DNA of 64,000 bases from the human T2T-CHM13v2.0 reference genome, Homo sapiens. The stretch lies in assembly GCF_009914755.1 (NCBI RefSeq), contig NC_060934.1; one strand, written 5' to 3'. Every line of letters starts with the position of its first letter. The first letter of the stretch is position 1. A model generated the notes under the pieces. That model worked only from the letters and a program-made list of their open reading frames with translations, did not search any database and was not told the origin of the DNA. Made by a program: the position numbers and the translations under genes. Shown here one piece after another: positions 1 to 12,430 of this stretch.

Positions 1-704
1 CGTTTCACACTTCTGCCTCTGAGTTTCTTCTTTGTTTCTAGCACCTAGAGATTTCCCTTTCTTTCTGTTTGGCTTAAGTTTTAAATGTTGCTGTTACTGT
101 ATTTTATCTAGCAGTTTGGTATGCCTATTAGAGGTCATGGTCTGCATCAACTCAGGCAATCGTCAGAAACCGGTGGAAATTATCTTTGTCCTCTTTAGCT
201 TCATAAACACAGACACACACACATGCACACACAACATGGACAGAATAATAAGCTCTCCTTCTTCTGAGAATCAGTTTTACAGCTTCTTCCTTATGTACAT
301 GAATTGCAGAGTTTTGATATTTTCACAATTATGGTGTGCATCATGGAAAGAGAAATAAAAGCCAAGCCCCTTTCTTTCTGATTCTATCATGAACTCCATA
401 ATTAATGTAAATGGATGAGCTACTTGGATTCCAGTTTTACAAAGAGAGGCACTCAAGTCTGATGCACGAGCCTGAAAGGTCTTCTCTCCTCACAAATGCA
501 TGGATGTATTGAAGGGGCTTGGAGGAAGGAAAATAGTCCCTGCTCCACCTAACCTAAGTACATCTTCAGAATTCCAAAATCAGTGACAGATATCACATCC
601 TAGGTGCATAGGATCTGCAGGAGGTGCTTGGAGTCCTGTGTAGATGAGTAATGGTTACAATATCAGGAGTCTTTCATGCAGACACATGAGCACTTTATGA
701 GTGA

Positions 705-850
705 GAAGCAGTAAAGCATTGTGGTTATAGTGCTATACTTAATATTAGAAAGACTGAAGTTCACATTCCAGTTTTGCAACATAGTTGTTATGTTACCAAA
801 GCCCTTTGAGATTTAGATTCCTTATCTGTATAATAATATATTTACTATTC
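705..850 (+). mobile_element. MIR SINE fragment (highly diverged)
   Basis: gcagtaaagcattgtggtta...agactgaagttcacattccagttttgcaac...cttatctgtataataata resembles the MIR 5' half and core; approximate ends. Confidence 0.5.
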
Positions 851-1545
851 AAATAATGCTTTATTTAAAATATACATTAATTATGGAGTTCATGATTGTG
901 TCAGAATTCTATCATAAATAAAGCATTATTTGCTTTATTATTTAGTAACAATATTTACTTCATATGTCTCTCGAAAATTTTAAATAAGAGTGCTAACCCT
1001 TAGCGTAGACTCAAACATTTCAGAATATTTATTATTACCTCCATTTATAGTATATTTCATTGTAATTATTACTGGCACATTTCTCTTACGCACTACACAG
1101 GGAGCTCCTTAAATTCAGAGAGTTTGTATTGTTCATTATTGTATCTTCAATGTCAAGATCAAGAAGAACTTTGAAACCTTTTGAATTAATAATCAAGGTA
1201 ATACATTAGAAATATTCATCTAGTGAAGTCACACATCATGGATCAGAACTTACAAGACTAAAGCTTGGAAGGTTAGTTAAGAAATCATGACAATATGAGA
1301 AAATTTGATGGGAACAAGCCTTAGAAATGGTGGTTAAGGATAAACAGAGGTCAAAGACTTCTAACTTTGGTACCTGAGGGAGTCATTTTCTATAGAAAGA
1401 AATCCTAAGTTTAATTTTTGATATCATCTGCCATTTTTAAACTAAGTAGCCTTCATTAAATCCCCATCATCTGAAGTAACCTAATGTATCTCTGATCCTT
1501 GAAGCCCAAGGGCTGCTATGTAATACAGGTGGTCTGGAGTGCATC

Positions 1546-1574
1546 TGTGTGTGTGTGTGTATGTGTGTGTGTGT
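1546..1574. repeat. (TG)n microsatellite, one interruption
   Basis: tgtgtgtgtgtgtgtatgtgtgtgtgtgt seen directly. Confidence 0.95.
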
Positions 1575-2110
1575 ACCTGAGGCAAGTAGTTAACTTGCAC
1601 ATAATTTTGGCAGAAACCACTCAAGCCCATTGCTTCTTCTGAAGATAATATGTTTTCACACCTTTTCCTTTGGGTATATTCAACTAATTATTCATCAAGA
1701 ACTTACTCTTGTCAACATAATAGCATGGAAAGGGACAATTACTTAATTTGTCAACTGAATAGCACTGTCTTTGTTTATTTTGCTGGCCATGTTCTATCAA
1801 TTTCCTTTGCTGCTTTAAAATCTGCTGATTGAATTAATGCCATTCTGGGATGTTTTAGTTATCAGGATTATCTCTTCTAATTTATTTTTTATATTTTGGC
1901 AACAACTCAAAACACTGTTGAAACCGTGTGCATCCTAAAAAGCTCCAGTGATAGCAGTGCTACAGCATCACTGTCTTGCTCAACAAGCCCCTTGGGAGTG
2001 CAGACTTCCAAGGGCTTGTGGAGAAATGGGGCCTCATGCAGCAACATCTGATGGTTGTCATTTACAATGCCTTTGGATTTTGCTCCTGAGTCTTGTTGCA
2101 GATGACAGAC

Positions 2111-2464
2111 TGTATTAGCTTTTTTCCATGCTGCTGATAAAGACATACCTGAGACTGGGAAGAAAAAGAGGTTTAATTGGACTTACAGTTCCACATGGCT
2201 GGGGACGCCTCAGCATCATGGCGGGAGGTAAAAGACACTTCTTACATGGCGGCGGCAAGAGAAAATGAGGAAGAAGTAAACGTGGAAACCCGTGATAAAA
2301 CCATCAGCTCTCATGAAACTTATTCACAATCACAAGACTAGCACGGGAAAGACCAGCCCCCATGATTCAGTTACCTCCCCTTGGGTCCCTCCCACAACAG
2401 GTGGGAATTCTGGGAGATATAATTCAAATTGAGATTTGGGTGGGGACACAGCCAAACTGTATCA
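2111..2464 (-). mobile_element. THE1C-like solo LTR (ERVL-MaLR)
   Basis: Starts tgtattag...gctgctgataaagacatacctgagactgggaagaaaaagaggtttaattggacttacagttccacatggctgggg and ends gagatttgggtggggacacagccaaactgtatca; about 354 bp; degenerate TSD cagac/caggg. Confidence 0.9.
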
Positions 2465-2672
2465 CAGGGCTTTTGACTAGAGCGCAGTTGGTGGCCCAGG
2501 AGATAACCTATGTAGAGCCACATGCCTGCATAACGGCTTTCCTGGGAAGCACTGGATACAGCTTGAGCTGTTGTGCTCCTGAGAGCTTCTCTGAGCCCTC
2601 AGGAGTATAAAGGCTGAATTAATTTTCACTGCTTGTGAAGTGCAATATGAATTGCCCACACCCTGCCTTATA

Positions 2673-2736
2673 TTAAGTTGGTGCAAAGGTAATTACTTTT
2701 ATGGCTAAAACCACAAATACCTTTGCACCAACATAA
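2673..2736. mobile_element. MADE1 (Hsmar1-derived MITE), internally deleted
   Basis: TIRs ttaagttggtgcaaaggtaatt ... aaatacctttgcaccaacataa flanked by TA dinucleotides (2671-2672, 2737-2738). Confidence 0.85.
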
Positions 2737-3003
2737 TATCTTATTGCTGCTGTCAGTCCCATCCTTTATTCTTGAAAATATTTTCTATTGGTACTACCAA
2801 CCATTCAAAATTAACCATGAATTCTGTTTCCCAGTCCTGCTTACTACTGACATTTCAAGTTCTGAAGTAGAATCAATAAAATTTAAAGAAATGCTTTCTT
2901 TTCCAATTTATTCCTTGATATTGCCAGATATAAAGGTGTGTTGAGCTTGTCCCCTTGCCTCAGTCATACTTAACTAAGCAAGTTATTCAAAGGAAAGATA
3001 AAA

Positions 3004-3349
3004 ATCTCTCTCTTCTGGAGCCAAGGCAGCCTTTTTCTCTTGATGTTAGAACTCAAGTTTCTCCTATCTTTGGTCTCTGAGACTTGTCCCACCAGTGGCT
3101 TCCAGGGCTCTTGGGCCTTCAGCCTTGGACTAGGGGTTACTCCATCGAATGTCTTGGCTCTAAGGCCTCGACTTGGACTGAACCACGCTACTGGCTTTCC
3201 TGTTTCTCCAGCTTGTAGATGGCCTACTGAAGGACTTCTCAGCCTCCATAATGAAGTGAGCCAATTTCCCCTAATAAATCCCTTTTCATACATATCTCTC
3301 TGTGTATATCATATTGGTTCTGTCTCTCTGGAGTACCCAAACTAAAACA
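3004..3349 (+). mobile_element. MLT2-type (ERVL) LTR, 5'-truncated
   Basis: ggacttctcagcctccataatgaagtgagccaattt-ccctaataaatcc...attggttctgtctctctggagtacccaaactaaaaca matches the MLT2B/C 3' end. Confidence 0.8.
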
Positions 3350-5070
3350 GAAATTGGTACTGGAGAGTGGATTGGTTGCTATAATAAATACCTAAGAATG
3401 TGAAAGTGGCTTTGGAACAGGTTAATGGGTAGAAGCTGGAACAGTTTTGAACTAAGTGCTCGAAAAAGTCTGTATTGCAAAGAATGGAACATTAAGGGCA
3501 ATGCTAGTGAGGGCTCAGAAGAGAGCTGTAGCAAGAGCTTCATTCTTGGAGATTACTTAAGTGGTTATGAACAGAAGGTCCGCAGAAATATGGACTGGAA
3601 GGGCCATTCTGATGAGGTCTTAGAAATGAGATACAAGGTATTGGAAACTGGAGGAAAGGCTGTCCTTGTTATAAAGTGGCAAAGAACTTGGCTGAATTAT
3701 GTCCATATCCCAGGACTTAGTGAGAGTGTTCAGAATGCGGCAAGGCTTCTCTTAAATGTTTATAGTAACGCATAAGGAAAGAGAATGGTTTAAAGATAGA
3801 ATTCAGAATTAAAAGGGAAGCAGAATATAAAGGTTTGGAAAATTCTTATCCTGGCCTTGTAAAAAATAAAGAGTACGTTCAGGAGAGAAAACCAAGAACG
3901 TTGCCAAGTGACTATTTGATAAGATTAGCATGGATACAAGGAAGCCAGGGGCTAGTCATCAAGACAATGGGAAAATTACCCTAAAGGCATTTCAGAGGTC
4001 TTCAAAGGCTGCCTAGCCCATTACAGGTCCAGAAAACCATTCCAGGACACCAGAGGGACCAAGGGCACCCGTGTGGTCATGCGGCTTGCTGCCAAGGACC
4101 TCCTCAGTTCTCTGCTTCCTGCATTCTGGTGACGCTCTGACTAGCTGTGACTCAAGCAGGCCCAGGTGTAGTTCATGCTACCTGTCAGGCGCGCACAAGC
4201 GGCGATCCTTGGCTGCATGCAGTTGGTCCTAATTCTGCAGGTGTGGAGAATGCAAGAGCTGTGGAAGTGCGCTTGGCTTAGCGTGCTAAGTGAAATCTCT
4301 TAGATTTGAAAAATAATATTTTCAGAAAGAATGTTTTCAAGCAGTGTTTTATTCAGAAAGCCTCAGGGACCAAGGAGTGACCAGCCATGGGAGCGGAGCT
4401 TTTGCAGAGAGCCCCCGCTAGGGCAATGCGCAGAAGAACTGTGGAGTGGGGGACACGACAGAGAGTTCCTACTAGGGCAATGCCAGGTGGAGCCATGGGG
4501 ACAGGGCTGCTCCTGAGACCCTAGAACTGTAGAGCCACCAGCATGCAGCACCAATCCCTGACAGCCACAGACATATGACTTCAGTACATCACAGGTAAGG
4601 CATGGGCTGTGCCCAGCAAAGTCATGGGAATGGGGCTGCCCGAGGCCTTGGGGCCACAACCTCCACTCAAGTGTATCCAGGAGGTGGGATATGGAGTCAA
4701 AGAAGATTATTATTTAGCCTTAATGTTGGATATTCCCTTTACAGTTGGGTTTAAGACTTACTTGGGACTTGTTACTCTTTTCTTTTTTCCTACGTCTCCC
4801 TTTTGGAATGGAAAAATCTATCCTATGCCTGACCTACCAGTGTGTCTTGGAAGTAAATAACTTTGATTGCACAGGCTCACAGCTGGAGGGAAATTTGCTT
4901 CAGGTTGAATCATGCCTTGAGTCTCATCAGTATCTGATTTAGAAGAAACTTCAGGGTTTTAGGCTTTTGAGTTGATGTTGGACGAAGTTAGGACTTTGGG
5001 GACTATTGGGATGGTAAAGATATATTTTGCATGTAAGAAGGGCATGACCTTGCGGGGTCCAGGGGTAGAA
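3350..5070 (+). mobile_element. MaLR internal region (MST/MLT1A-int type)
   Basis: Starts gaaattggtactggagagtgg...gctataataaatacctaagaatgtgaaagtggctttggaa (MaLR PBS region); ends with PPT ggggtccaggggtagaa directly before the LTR. Confidence 0.85.
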
Positions 5071-5471
5071 TGCTATGCTATGGTTTGAGTATCTTTGTTT
5101 CCTCCAAAATTCCTGTTGAAATGTAGTCCCCAAGGCAACAGTATTGTGAGATGGTGGCCTTTGGGAGGTGATTGAGTCATGAGGGCTCCACCCCCATGAA
5201 AGGGATTAGGTGTCCTTGGAAGAGAGCTTGATGGAGTGAGTGAGTTTGCCCCTTACTGCCCTTCTGACTTCTGCCACGTGAGGACACAACATTCCTCTGC
5301 TCCAGGCAAGTCATCTGCACCATCTGGGAAGCAGGGAGCAGCCCTCACTAGATGCCAGTGCCTTGATCTGGGACTCTCCAGCCTCCAGAAATGTGAGAAA
5401 TAAATTTCTCTTCTTTAAAAATTACCCATCCTGTAGTATTCTGCTATAGCGGCACAAAACAGACTAAGACA
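5071..5471 (+). mobile_element. MaLR 3' LTR (MSTC/MSTD/MLT1A type)
   Basis: tgctatgctatggtttgagt...cctccaaaattcctgttgaaa...gccttgatctgggactctccagcctccagaaatgtgagaaataaatt...agactaagaca. Confidence 0.9.
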
Positions 5472-5534
5472 ATTGCTATCATCAAACCAGGTTTTCATTA
5501 TTAAATTTGGAATTCCTTGAGATCAGAGGCCAAA

Positions 5535-6660
5535 ATATGCTTGACTTGTTTGAGGAACAGTGGAGGTCAATGTGACCAGAATGGTGAGAGTTAAGGGGAG
5601 AGTAGAAATAAATGAAGTCAGAGGAAGCAAGGGGCCATGATAAGGACTTTGCTTTGACTCAGAGGGACATGGGAAGTCAGTGGAGGTTTTTTAACTGCGA
5701 ATTGAAATAATTTGACTTTCACATTAAAAAGGATCACTTTGTCTATCATAAGAATAAATAAAGGGAAGACAAGGGCAGAAGAATATAGAGCGGATGGGAG
5801 GCTATTGCTTTAAACCAGGCAAGAAAGGTTGATGGCTTACACCATAGTGACAGTACTGGTGGTAAGAGGTGCTCAAATTCCATATTTATATTGAAGATAG
5901 ATCCTATAAGGTTAGTTGATGGATTGAAGGTGGAATAAGAGAGAAAAAAGGCCATCAAGGATTCCTCCAAGATTGTTGACCTGAGCAACTGGAACAATGA
6001 AACTGACATTTGCAGAGATGGGGAAGACTAAGGAAACCATATTTGAAAGGTGGATATAGGGAAAACTGAGAGATTGATTTGGGGCATGTTTAAGTTTTTT
6101 GATGCCTATTAGACAACCAAGTAGAAGTATCAAGTAAGCAGTAGGATAAACGAGTCTGGAGTGTACAAGAGTTTTATGCTGAGAGATTAAAGTTTGAATG
6201 TTATCAGCAGGTGCATGTCGCTAAAGACATGAGAGTGAATGAGATCCCTGGAGAGCGGTTACACATAGAAAAAAGGAGAAAATCAGGGCAAGACACCTAA
6301 ACTCTGATGCTTAGGATGATAGGAGGAAAAATTAGGAAAGGAGATTACTGGTTTGTGGCCAGCAAAGTCAGAGGAGAGACAAGAGAGAATGGCCATGAGA
6401 AAGCCAAGTGAAGCAGGTGTTTCCAAGAAAGGAGGGAGTGAAAGATTAAATGTGATGAAGATTAGCAATCAGCCCTTGTATTTGGCAACAGGGAGGTCAT
6501 TGGAGAGCTTGACAAGAGCAGTTTATATCAAATTGTTAAAACGTGAACTTGATTGAAGGGCGTTTGAGACAGGGTGAGAAACAAGACAGTGGATAGAGTG
6601 TGTATAGATAGCTCTTCTCCAGTTCCACTGAAAAGGGGAGCAGAGAAATGGGAGGTTGGA
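5535..6660 (-). mobile_element. L2 LINE fragment
   Basis: Purine-rich antisense L2 motifs: tgtttgaggaacag, aaggatcactttg, atcaaggattcctccaagattgttgacctgagcaactgga, gggcatgtttaagtttttgatgcctattagaca, ttggcaacagggaggtcattgg. Confidence 0.8.
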
Positions 6661-7489
6661 GGATGAGCCTGTAGTCTCAAGTAAGGTTGTTTATTTCCCC
6701 AAAAAATAATTTTGATGAATTTATATCTATCAGCAGGGTGTATTAATAGGATAACATACAGATGACTTCATTTTGGTAAGAAGCAAGCTCCTTTACTTTA
6801 TCAAATTGCTTTTTAATCTCCTGGACTCATCTGGCATTAAATTTGTTGGAAGATGTTATGTTAGAATGTTATCACTGAAATATCTCAAATTCCGATGAGC
6901 TATTTATTCCAAGTATCCAAGTACTTATCATAAATGGAAGTCTTCCATCTTTTTGGGAACTGCAGCAGGCACCTCCAGTTTTAGAGTCACATGACTTTAT
7001 TAATGTTACTCCAAGCATTCCTTCAAAGTAATTAATACATCTTCATTTTGATCCAACACTAGACACTTCAGGATCAAGTACAGGGAGTTGGGGTGGTTCT
7101 GGAAGGATTGGGATACATTTGCTTGGATTTTCAGTGAGTGCAGCTCAGGAAAGAGAACAAATACCAAGGAGTAAACCAAGCAGTGGGAAGTCAGGAGATC
7201 AGAGACTGATGGTGAACCAGGAAAACCAATAGTGTGGTGGAGACAAAGGGACAGCATGAACTAAGCCCATCATGGTACAGAAGAGCACTGGGTGATGGAA
7301 GGATGACTCGGGGCTCAGATGGAGTGTGCAAATGTGGAAATATAGCTACTTTTAATAGGCAGATTGGTCTGTTCCTGCTGGGCTTGGCCTTTCTTATTAA
7401 GCTACTGCATTTGCAGTGCTTATACTCCAGTGTGTTCAGCATTTGAGGTGCATGAGCTTATTTAGTGGTTACCACATTCTCTGCAAATG

Positions 7490-7590
7490 CAATATTGTTT
7501 ATTTCATAAATGAGGAAGCTAAAGTTCAGGGAGTTATTTGCCCAAAGTTATGCACCTGTTATATGGTTGAATCTGATTCTCTCTATTATA
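7490..7590 (-). mobile_element. MIR core fragment
   Basis: ataaatgaggaagctaaagttcagggagttatttgcccaaagttatgcac. Confidence 0.6.
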
Positions 7591-8639
7591 AAACACACTT
7601 CTAAAGTTTTCTGGTTTACTATCTCCAGTTGGACAGATCACACAGTCAGCCAAGTTTCCTGTTGGCAACTAATAGAAAATAAGGCTGGTGGTTGAGCATG
7701 GGCCTGGATGATATTTCATGTTGAGAATTGAAAGAATAGAAATAATTGCAAAGGAAAGATTTCTGAGGCAAGCTGTAAAAGGAGAAAAGAAAGTTTGTCT
7801 TAATTGTCAGTCTTCGTTGTTGTTTGTGCAATTAGCTTTCTCTACTTATTTTGCTTCTAAGCAGGGATATCAGTTTCATCTATTTCTTAATTGCTCTGTC
7901 TCCAAGGCAGGCATATGGTTCAAGCAAAGACTTGCAAGTATGCCAGGTGAAGTGTCCACAGCCCACCTTTCTGTTAGGTGATCATAAGCTTTGAGACTGC
8001 AATGGGAAGAGTGGACATAAACAGAAGAAAGGAATGGAAGGACAATTAGTAATGTCATTTGCTGACAGCTATCCACCTTATATGAAATTGTAACAAAAAA
8101 AAAATCCAGGTGAATTGCCAAAACTGAAAACAGACGAGAAGCATTTGGTATTTACATAGATGCATTTCCTTAATTTTGTTTTTCAAACATGCATAACTAT
8201 AAGTTTTCTGATACTTGGACAATAGCTTTATACTGTAATATTTGTTGACTCCATAGTCTACATTTTTTTGTTTCCAACAGACTTCAGCTAATCTATAACA
8301 TCATGACGTGTTTGTTAGTTCGTTTCCAACACAATGTCATACATGTACACCTGTGAACTTATTAAGAACCTGTATGCCCCGTGTACATACTAAGAACACC
8401 ACTTTCCTGGGCTTAAAGTCACAAAGACAAATGAGAATAATGTGAGCATTGCTTGACATGAAGTTGTGAAAAAGTGCAAATAAAACTTATAGTGAGAAAA
8501 ACCCTCGTGGGCAAAGCAACTTTTTTATTTAGCTATATTATGTTGCTGGTGTCTGACACCCCCCTTTGGTCTGAAAGTATTTATAGGCAGCAGTTGCATT
8601 TATTGAAGACAGAAGCGAAACCAATTCTCAAGCAAAGAA

Positions 8640-9000
8640 ATTAATTTCATTTGGGAAGTACTATATTTTAAGTCACTGGTGGATATAGAAATGAACATGC
8701 CTTATCAGCAAGTAGACATGTGAGCCTGTAATTCAAGGGGACAACCTGAAATGAAGGCAGATTTGGGAGTCATCCTCACAGAAAAGATCGTGGAACCATG
8801 GAAGTATACATAATACAGGTAGAAGAGAAACAAGGACAGAAAACGTAACATGCAAGGAATAGAAACCAAGAAGTTCAGAGAGGGAATATTTAGAATAACA
8901 GAGAATCAAAATGAGAGAGTTGTTTTGTAATAAATCATAGAAAAAACATTTCTTAAAGGTGTGAAGATGTTGATGAGGTTAGGAAAGAGGAAGGAAGAGA
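8640..9000 (-). mobile_element. L2 fragment (very diverged)
   Basis: cagcaagtagacatgtgagcctgtaattcaaggg...gcagatttgggagtcatc resembles antisense L2. Confidence 0.5.
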
Positions 9001-9115
9001 AGATAAAGGAGCACAACATGCTAAATTCCTGGCATTGCACTGAGACGAGGTAAAAAATAATTTCATCATATTTTGGACAACCAGACAGTTAAGGAATATT
9101 TTCATTTGTTCAAAC

Positions 9116-9400
9116 TTAATAGGACTGAGCTGGAGTCATTGATTAATTTCAGCAGAACTGGAATCTTTGGTATATTGAGTCTTCTCATTTATGAATGTAC
9201 TACATCTCAACATTTGTGCAGGCGGTTTTTGTGTTTTTCTCAAAGTCTTGTACACATTTTGCTAGGTTATTTCTAGGTATCTAGTCTTGTTTCCCTCGTA
9301 AATATTATCTTCCTACAATATTTTGTGATGAGTTGTGATGGTGCCAAGGAGTGTTCATGATTCCTACAGATTGATCTTGGATCCGATGCAAGTCTAATTC
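9116..9400 (-). mobile_element. Old L1 (L1ME-like) ORF2 fragment
   Basis: atctttggtatattgagtcttctcatttatgaatg...tacacattttgctaggttatttctaggtat...ttgatcttggatcc. Confidence 0.6.
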
Positions 9401-9421
9401 AAATACTACTTGGATAAAGGA

Positions 9422-10095
9422 GCAAATTGATTTTAAAATTCAAGTTACAGAATAAAGAGCCAGGAACAACAGAGCAATAATGATGGATTTTTTTTATTCT
9501 ACCAAATGTCAAAACTTACAAAGCTGTAGTAATTTTTAAGATGTGGTTTTGGCAAAGGGATACATAGATGTTAGATCAATAAAACATATTAGCTTCCCAG
9601 ACAGTACAAGCTATATGTGAGAATTAGTTAGAGGTATGAGAATATGATTCAAGTAGTATTAGAAATCAGTGGGGAAAGGGTGGACTCACAAACAAGAGGT
9701 GTTTATACCACTGATTTTCCAGATGAAAAACCATAGTAGTTTTTCCTCCTACCATGCAAAAAAAAAAAAAAAAAAAAGTAAATTCTACATGGGTGGTAGA
9801 TCTCAATATGGAAAACAAAACTTTCAGAAAATTATAAGAAAATAAAGAGACCTTAAAAAGGATTTATTAGACAAGGCTCAAAATATTTGATTCATAAAAG
9901 TAAATGATGCATTTGATTATATCATTTGATGGACACATTTGACTACATCAAAATCTAAAATGCTGGTATAATAAAAGACAAACATAAAAGACGCAGGCTA
10001 ATGAAAAATATTTGCATATGTTAAAAAGAATTAGTGTTTGTAATATAAGAATAATTTTTAGAAATCCATAGTAAATAAATAAGCTGCTTATTCTT
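9422..10095 (+). mobile_element. Old L1 (L1ME-like) ORF2 fragment
   Basis: ctaccaaatgtcaaaacttacaaagctgtagtaatt...gtggttttggcaaagggatac...aatcagtggggaaaggg...tttgactacatcaaaat. Confidence 0.65.
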
Positions 10096-10849
10096 GAGAG
10101 CAAACCAACAAGGCCTACAACATCCCAGTCTCCTCCCATCCCTACAGGTGTCATGAAAGTGAGGAGCATGTGTGTGTACCTGAAAAATAATTTTAAAATT
10201 ATTCAAAATCATCAGGGCATCAGGATGCAGTTACGTGGCATGGAAAAGAAATGGAATTCCAGGGAAAGAGAGAAGAGTGTAACGTGGTCAAGGGATAGGT
10301 TGTAGAAGAGATTTCAGGTTGTATTCTCTTCTTTGGCTCAAAACTGCCTGCATGCATTGTTACCTACTCTGTCATCCTAGCAAGGCATAAAAAAAAGCAG
10401 TGGCAGCTACAACTGTTAAACCCTGCTGCATGGAGCAGCATTTATCAACAGATGCAGCAAACTGGACAGCCATGGAAATTTCTTCTACTCAACTCAAACA
10501 GCGTGGAGGGAAAGGGTGTTTCCATGAAGGCAAGGGTTCATAGAGAGGATATTCCTACAGGTGAGGGAGCTCTTCACCCTGGCATAGAATACCCTCCTTT
10601 CTGCTCCAGGCGGGGAAAATGTTAAGACCTGGATTATGGTCCCTCTCCCCAAAGAAGCTGCTAGGGCACCTCTAAGGAATGTGACCTCAGAGAAAAACAA
10701 TGACCTAGCTAAGATCACCTACCTAAGATCTATCTCTAAAATCTATCTGAGACCTACAAATTACATCAGAGAGAGACAACAAAATCATACAACCTATACC
10801 AGGTGGAGAAGCATCACTATAGCACGGAAACATTTAAAATAAGCATGAT

Positions 10850-12240
10850 AAATAAGTATCCTCCAAGAAATAAGGGCAGATTCTAATCACATAATGCAAG
10901 ATCAAACATCTATTTTTTTTAAATCAAGGAAAATTATTGATGTGAAAATACAAGAGTTGAAACAAGAAACCCAGCAAAGGGAATAAATGGCAAAAGAATT
11001 AGAGCAGAAGAGAGAATTAGTGAGCAGAAGTCTTCAGGAAGCCATAAACAGGAGAAAAATAGAAAGTTAAGAGAAGTAGCAAAGAGAAATAGAAATGTCC
11101 GTATAATAAAGACAAATAATAGAAAAGGAAAATATTTTTAGGAAAAACATTCAGACATTCCCAGAATTAGAGATTAAAATGCTTATGGAGGACCAAATAA
11201 AATAGATTAACAAAAAATCCCAAAACTGGACCCTCTGGTAGTTAAGTCAAATTTGGAAAAGAATATCAAAGGAAAGGTACTTGCTCCAGCAAATATGAAT
11301 AGATAATACAAGGACATAATAAATACTCAATGGTGCTGGGAAAGAAACTTCTAATATACCAGAAGAACAGGATAGAGAATTAAAATGCTTATGAAATATG
11401 GATAGATTGCTTTAAAATAAAATGAGGAAAGATTCTACTGTTTAATATGCAGTGCTGGGAGAACTGGCATTTTTTAGAGGAAAAAAAAAAAAAGAAAAAT
11501 AAAAAGCTGGGTCCTTTTTTTCACTATAACAAAGTTAATGGATACTCCAGAGAGTTTAAACTTCTAAACATGAGAATTGAAGCCATAAGTCTAATATGAG
11601 GAAACAGAGAAGTTCTTGTAAACTAAAAGTGGAGAAGATCTTCTTAACGTGAAAAGTCAAAAGGTTTTCATAGCATCAGGTGGCAAAATATTGATGAATT
11701 TACCTGTATCATATTAAGGATTTCTATTTACCAAAAGAATGGATATATAAAATTAGAAGACAACTGACCATTATTTTCCATTCACAAAACCAAAGCCAGA
11801 TGAATACCTAGAATTTACATGGAACTCCTAACAATTAATAAGAAAAATATGGAAATTTTAGGAGAAGAAAATGCTTCTTGAAAACATATGAATCAGCATA
11901 AATCAGAGAGGAAATCTGAATAGTTAACAAGAATGCATTATAATAAGAAAAATAAACAGTTAAAACATCCGTATATCATTTTATGTCCATATTGTTGGCA
12001 AAATTAGAATGATGAATAGTAACACGTATTGGTAAAGATACTGAGAAAAAGAATGCTTATATATCGCCATTGGGAGCCTTAACTAATGAAACAATTCCAG
12101 AAGACAATTTGTTAATATCTACTTTGCTTAAATATCTATATACCTGACAACCCAGTTATTTTACTCTTGGTATATATATTGCAAATAATTCTCATAAGAC
12201 ATAAGTGAATATGAATAAGGACATTTATTTGGGTTACTGG
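10850..12240 (+). mobile_element. Old L1ME/HAL1-like ORF1 piece joined to an ORF2 3' piece
   Basis: A-rich ORF1-like coiled-coil text (agagcagaagagagaattagtgag), then ORF2-like gtttaatatgcagtgctgggagaactggc and tatcattttatgtccatattgttggcaaaatt. Confidence 0.55.
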
Positions 12241-12430
12241 CTAGCTGAATATAAGCTGGGTTCCTCTTACTAAGAGAATACACCATTAAAAGTTGGTGGA
12301 TGCAGTCTAGGGAAAACTGTGAAGCACTGAAGCAACAAAATAAATTTAGGCAGTAAGGAAGAGGAAGATGTCAAGAACTCCATCCATTGTCTTGAGTAAT
12401 GGTTTATTATGGTATCAATTACTGTGATGT

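Noticed and set aside
3425-3775. 116-aa ORF as an active MaLR protein
   Set aside because: Fragment of the decayed MaLR internal region, which is broken by stops and indels
10700-10760. Degenerate ctaagatcta-like periodic repeat as a CRISPR-like array
   Set aside because: Units are about 10 bp, imperfect and lack unique spacers; eukaryotic context with no cas genes
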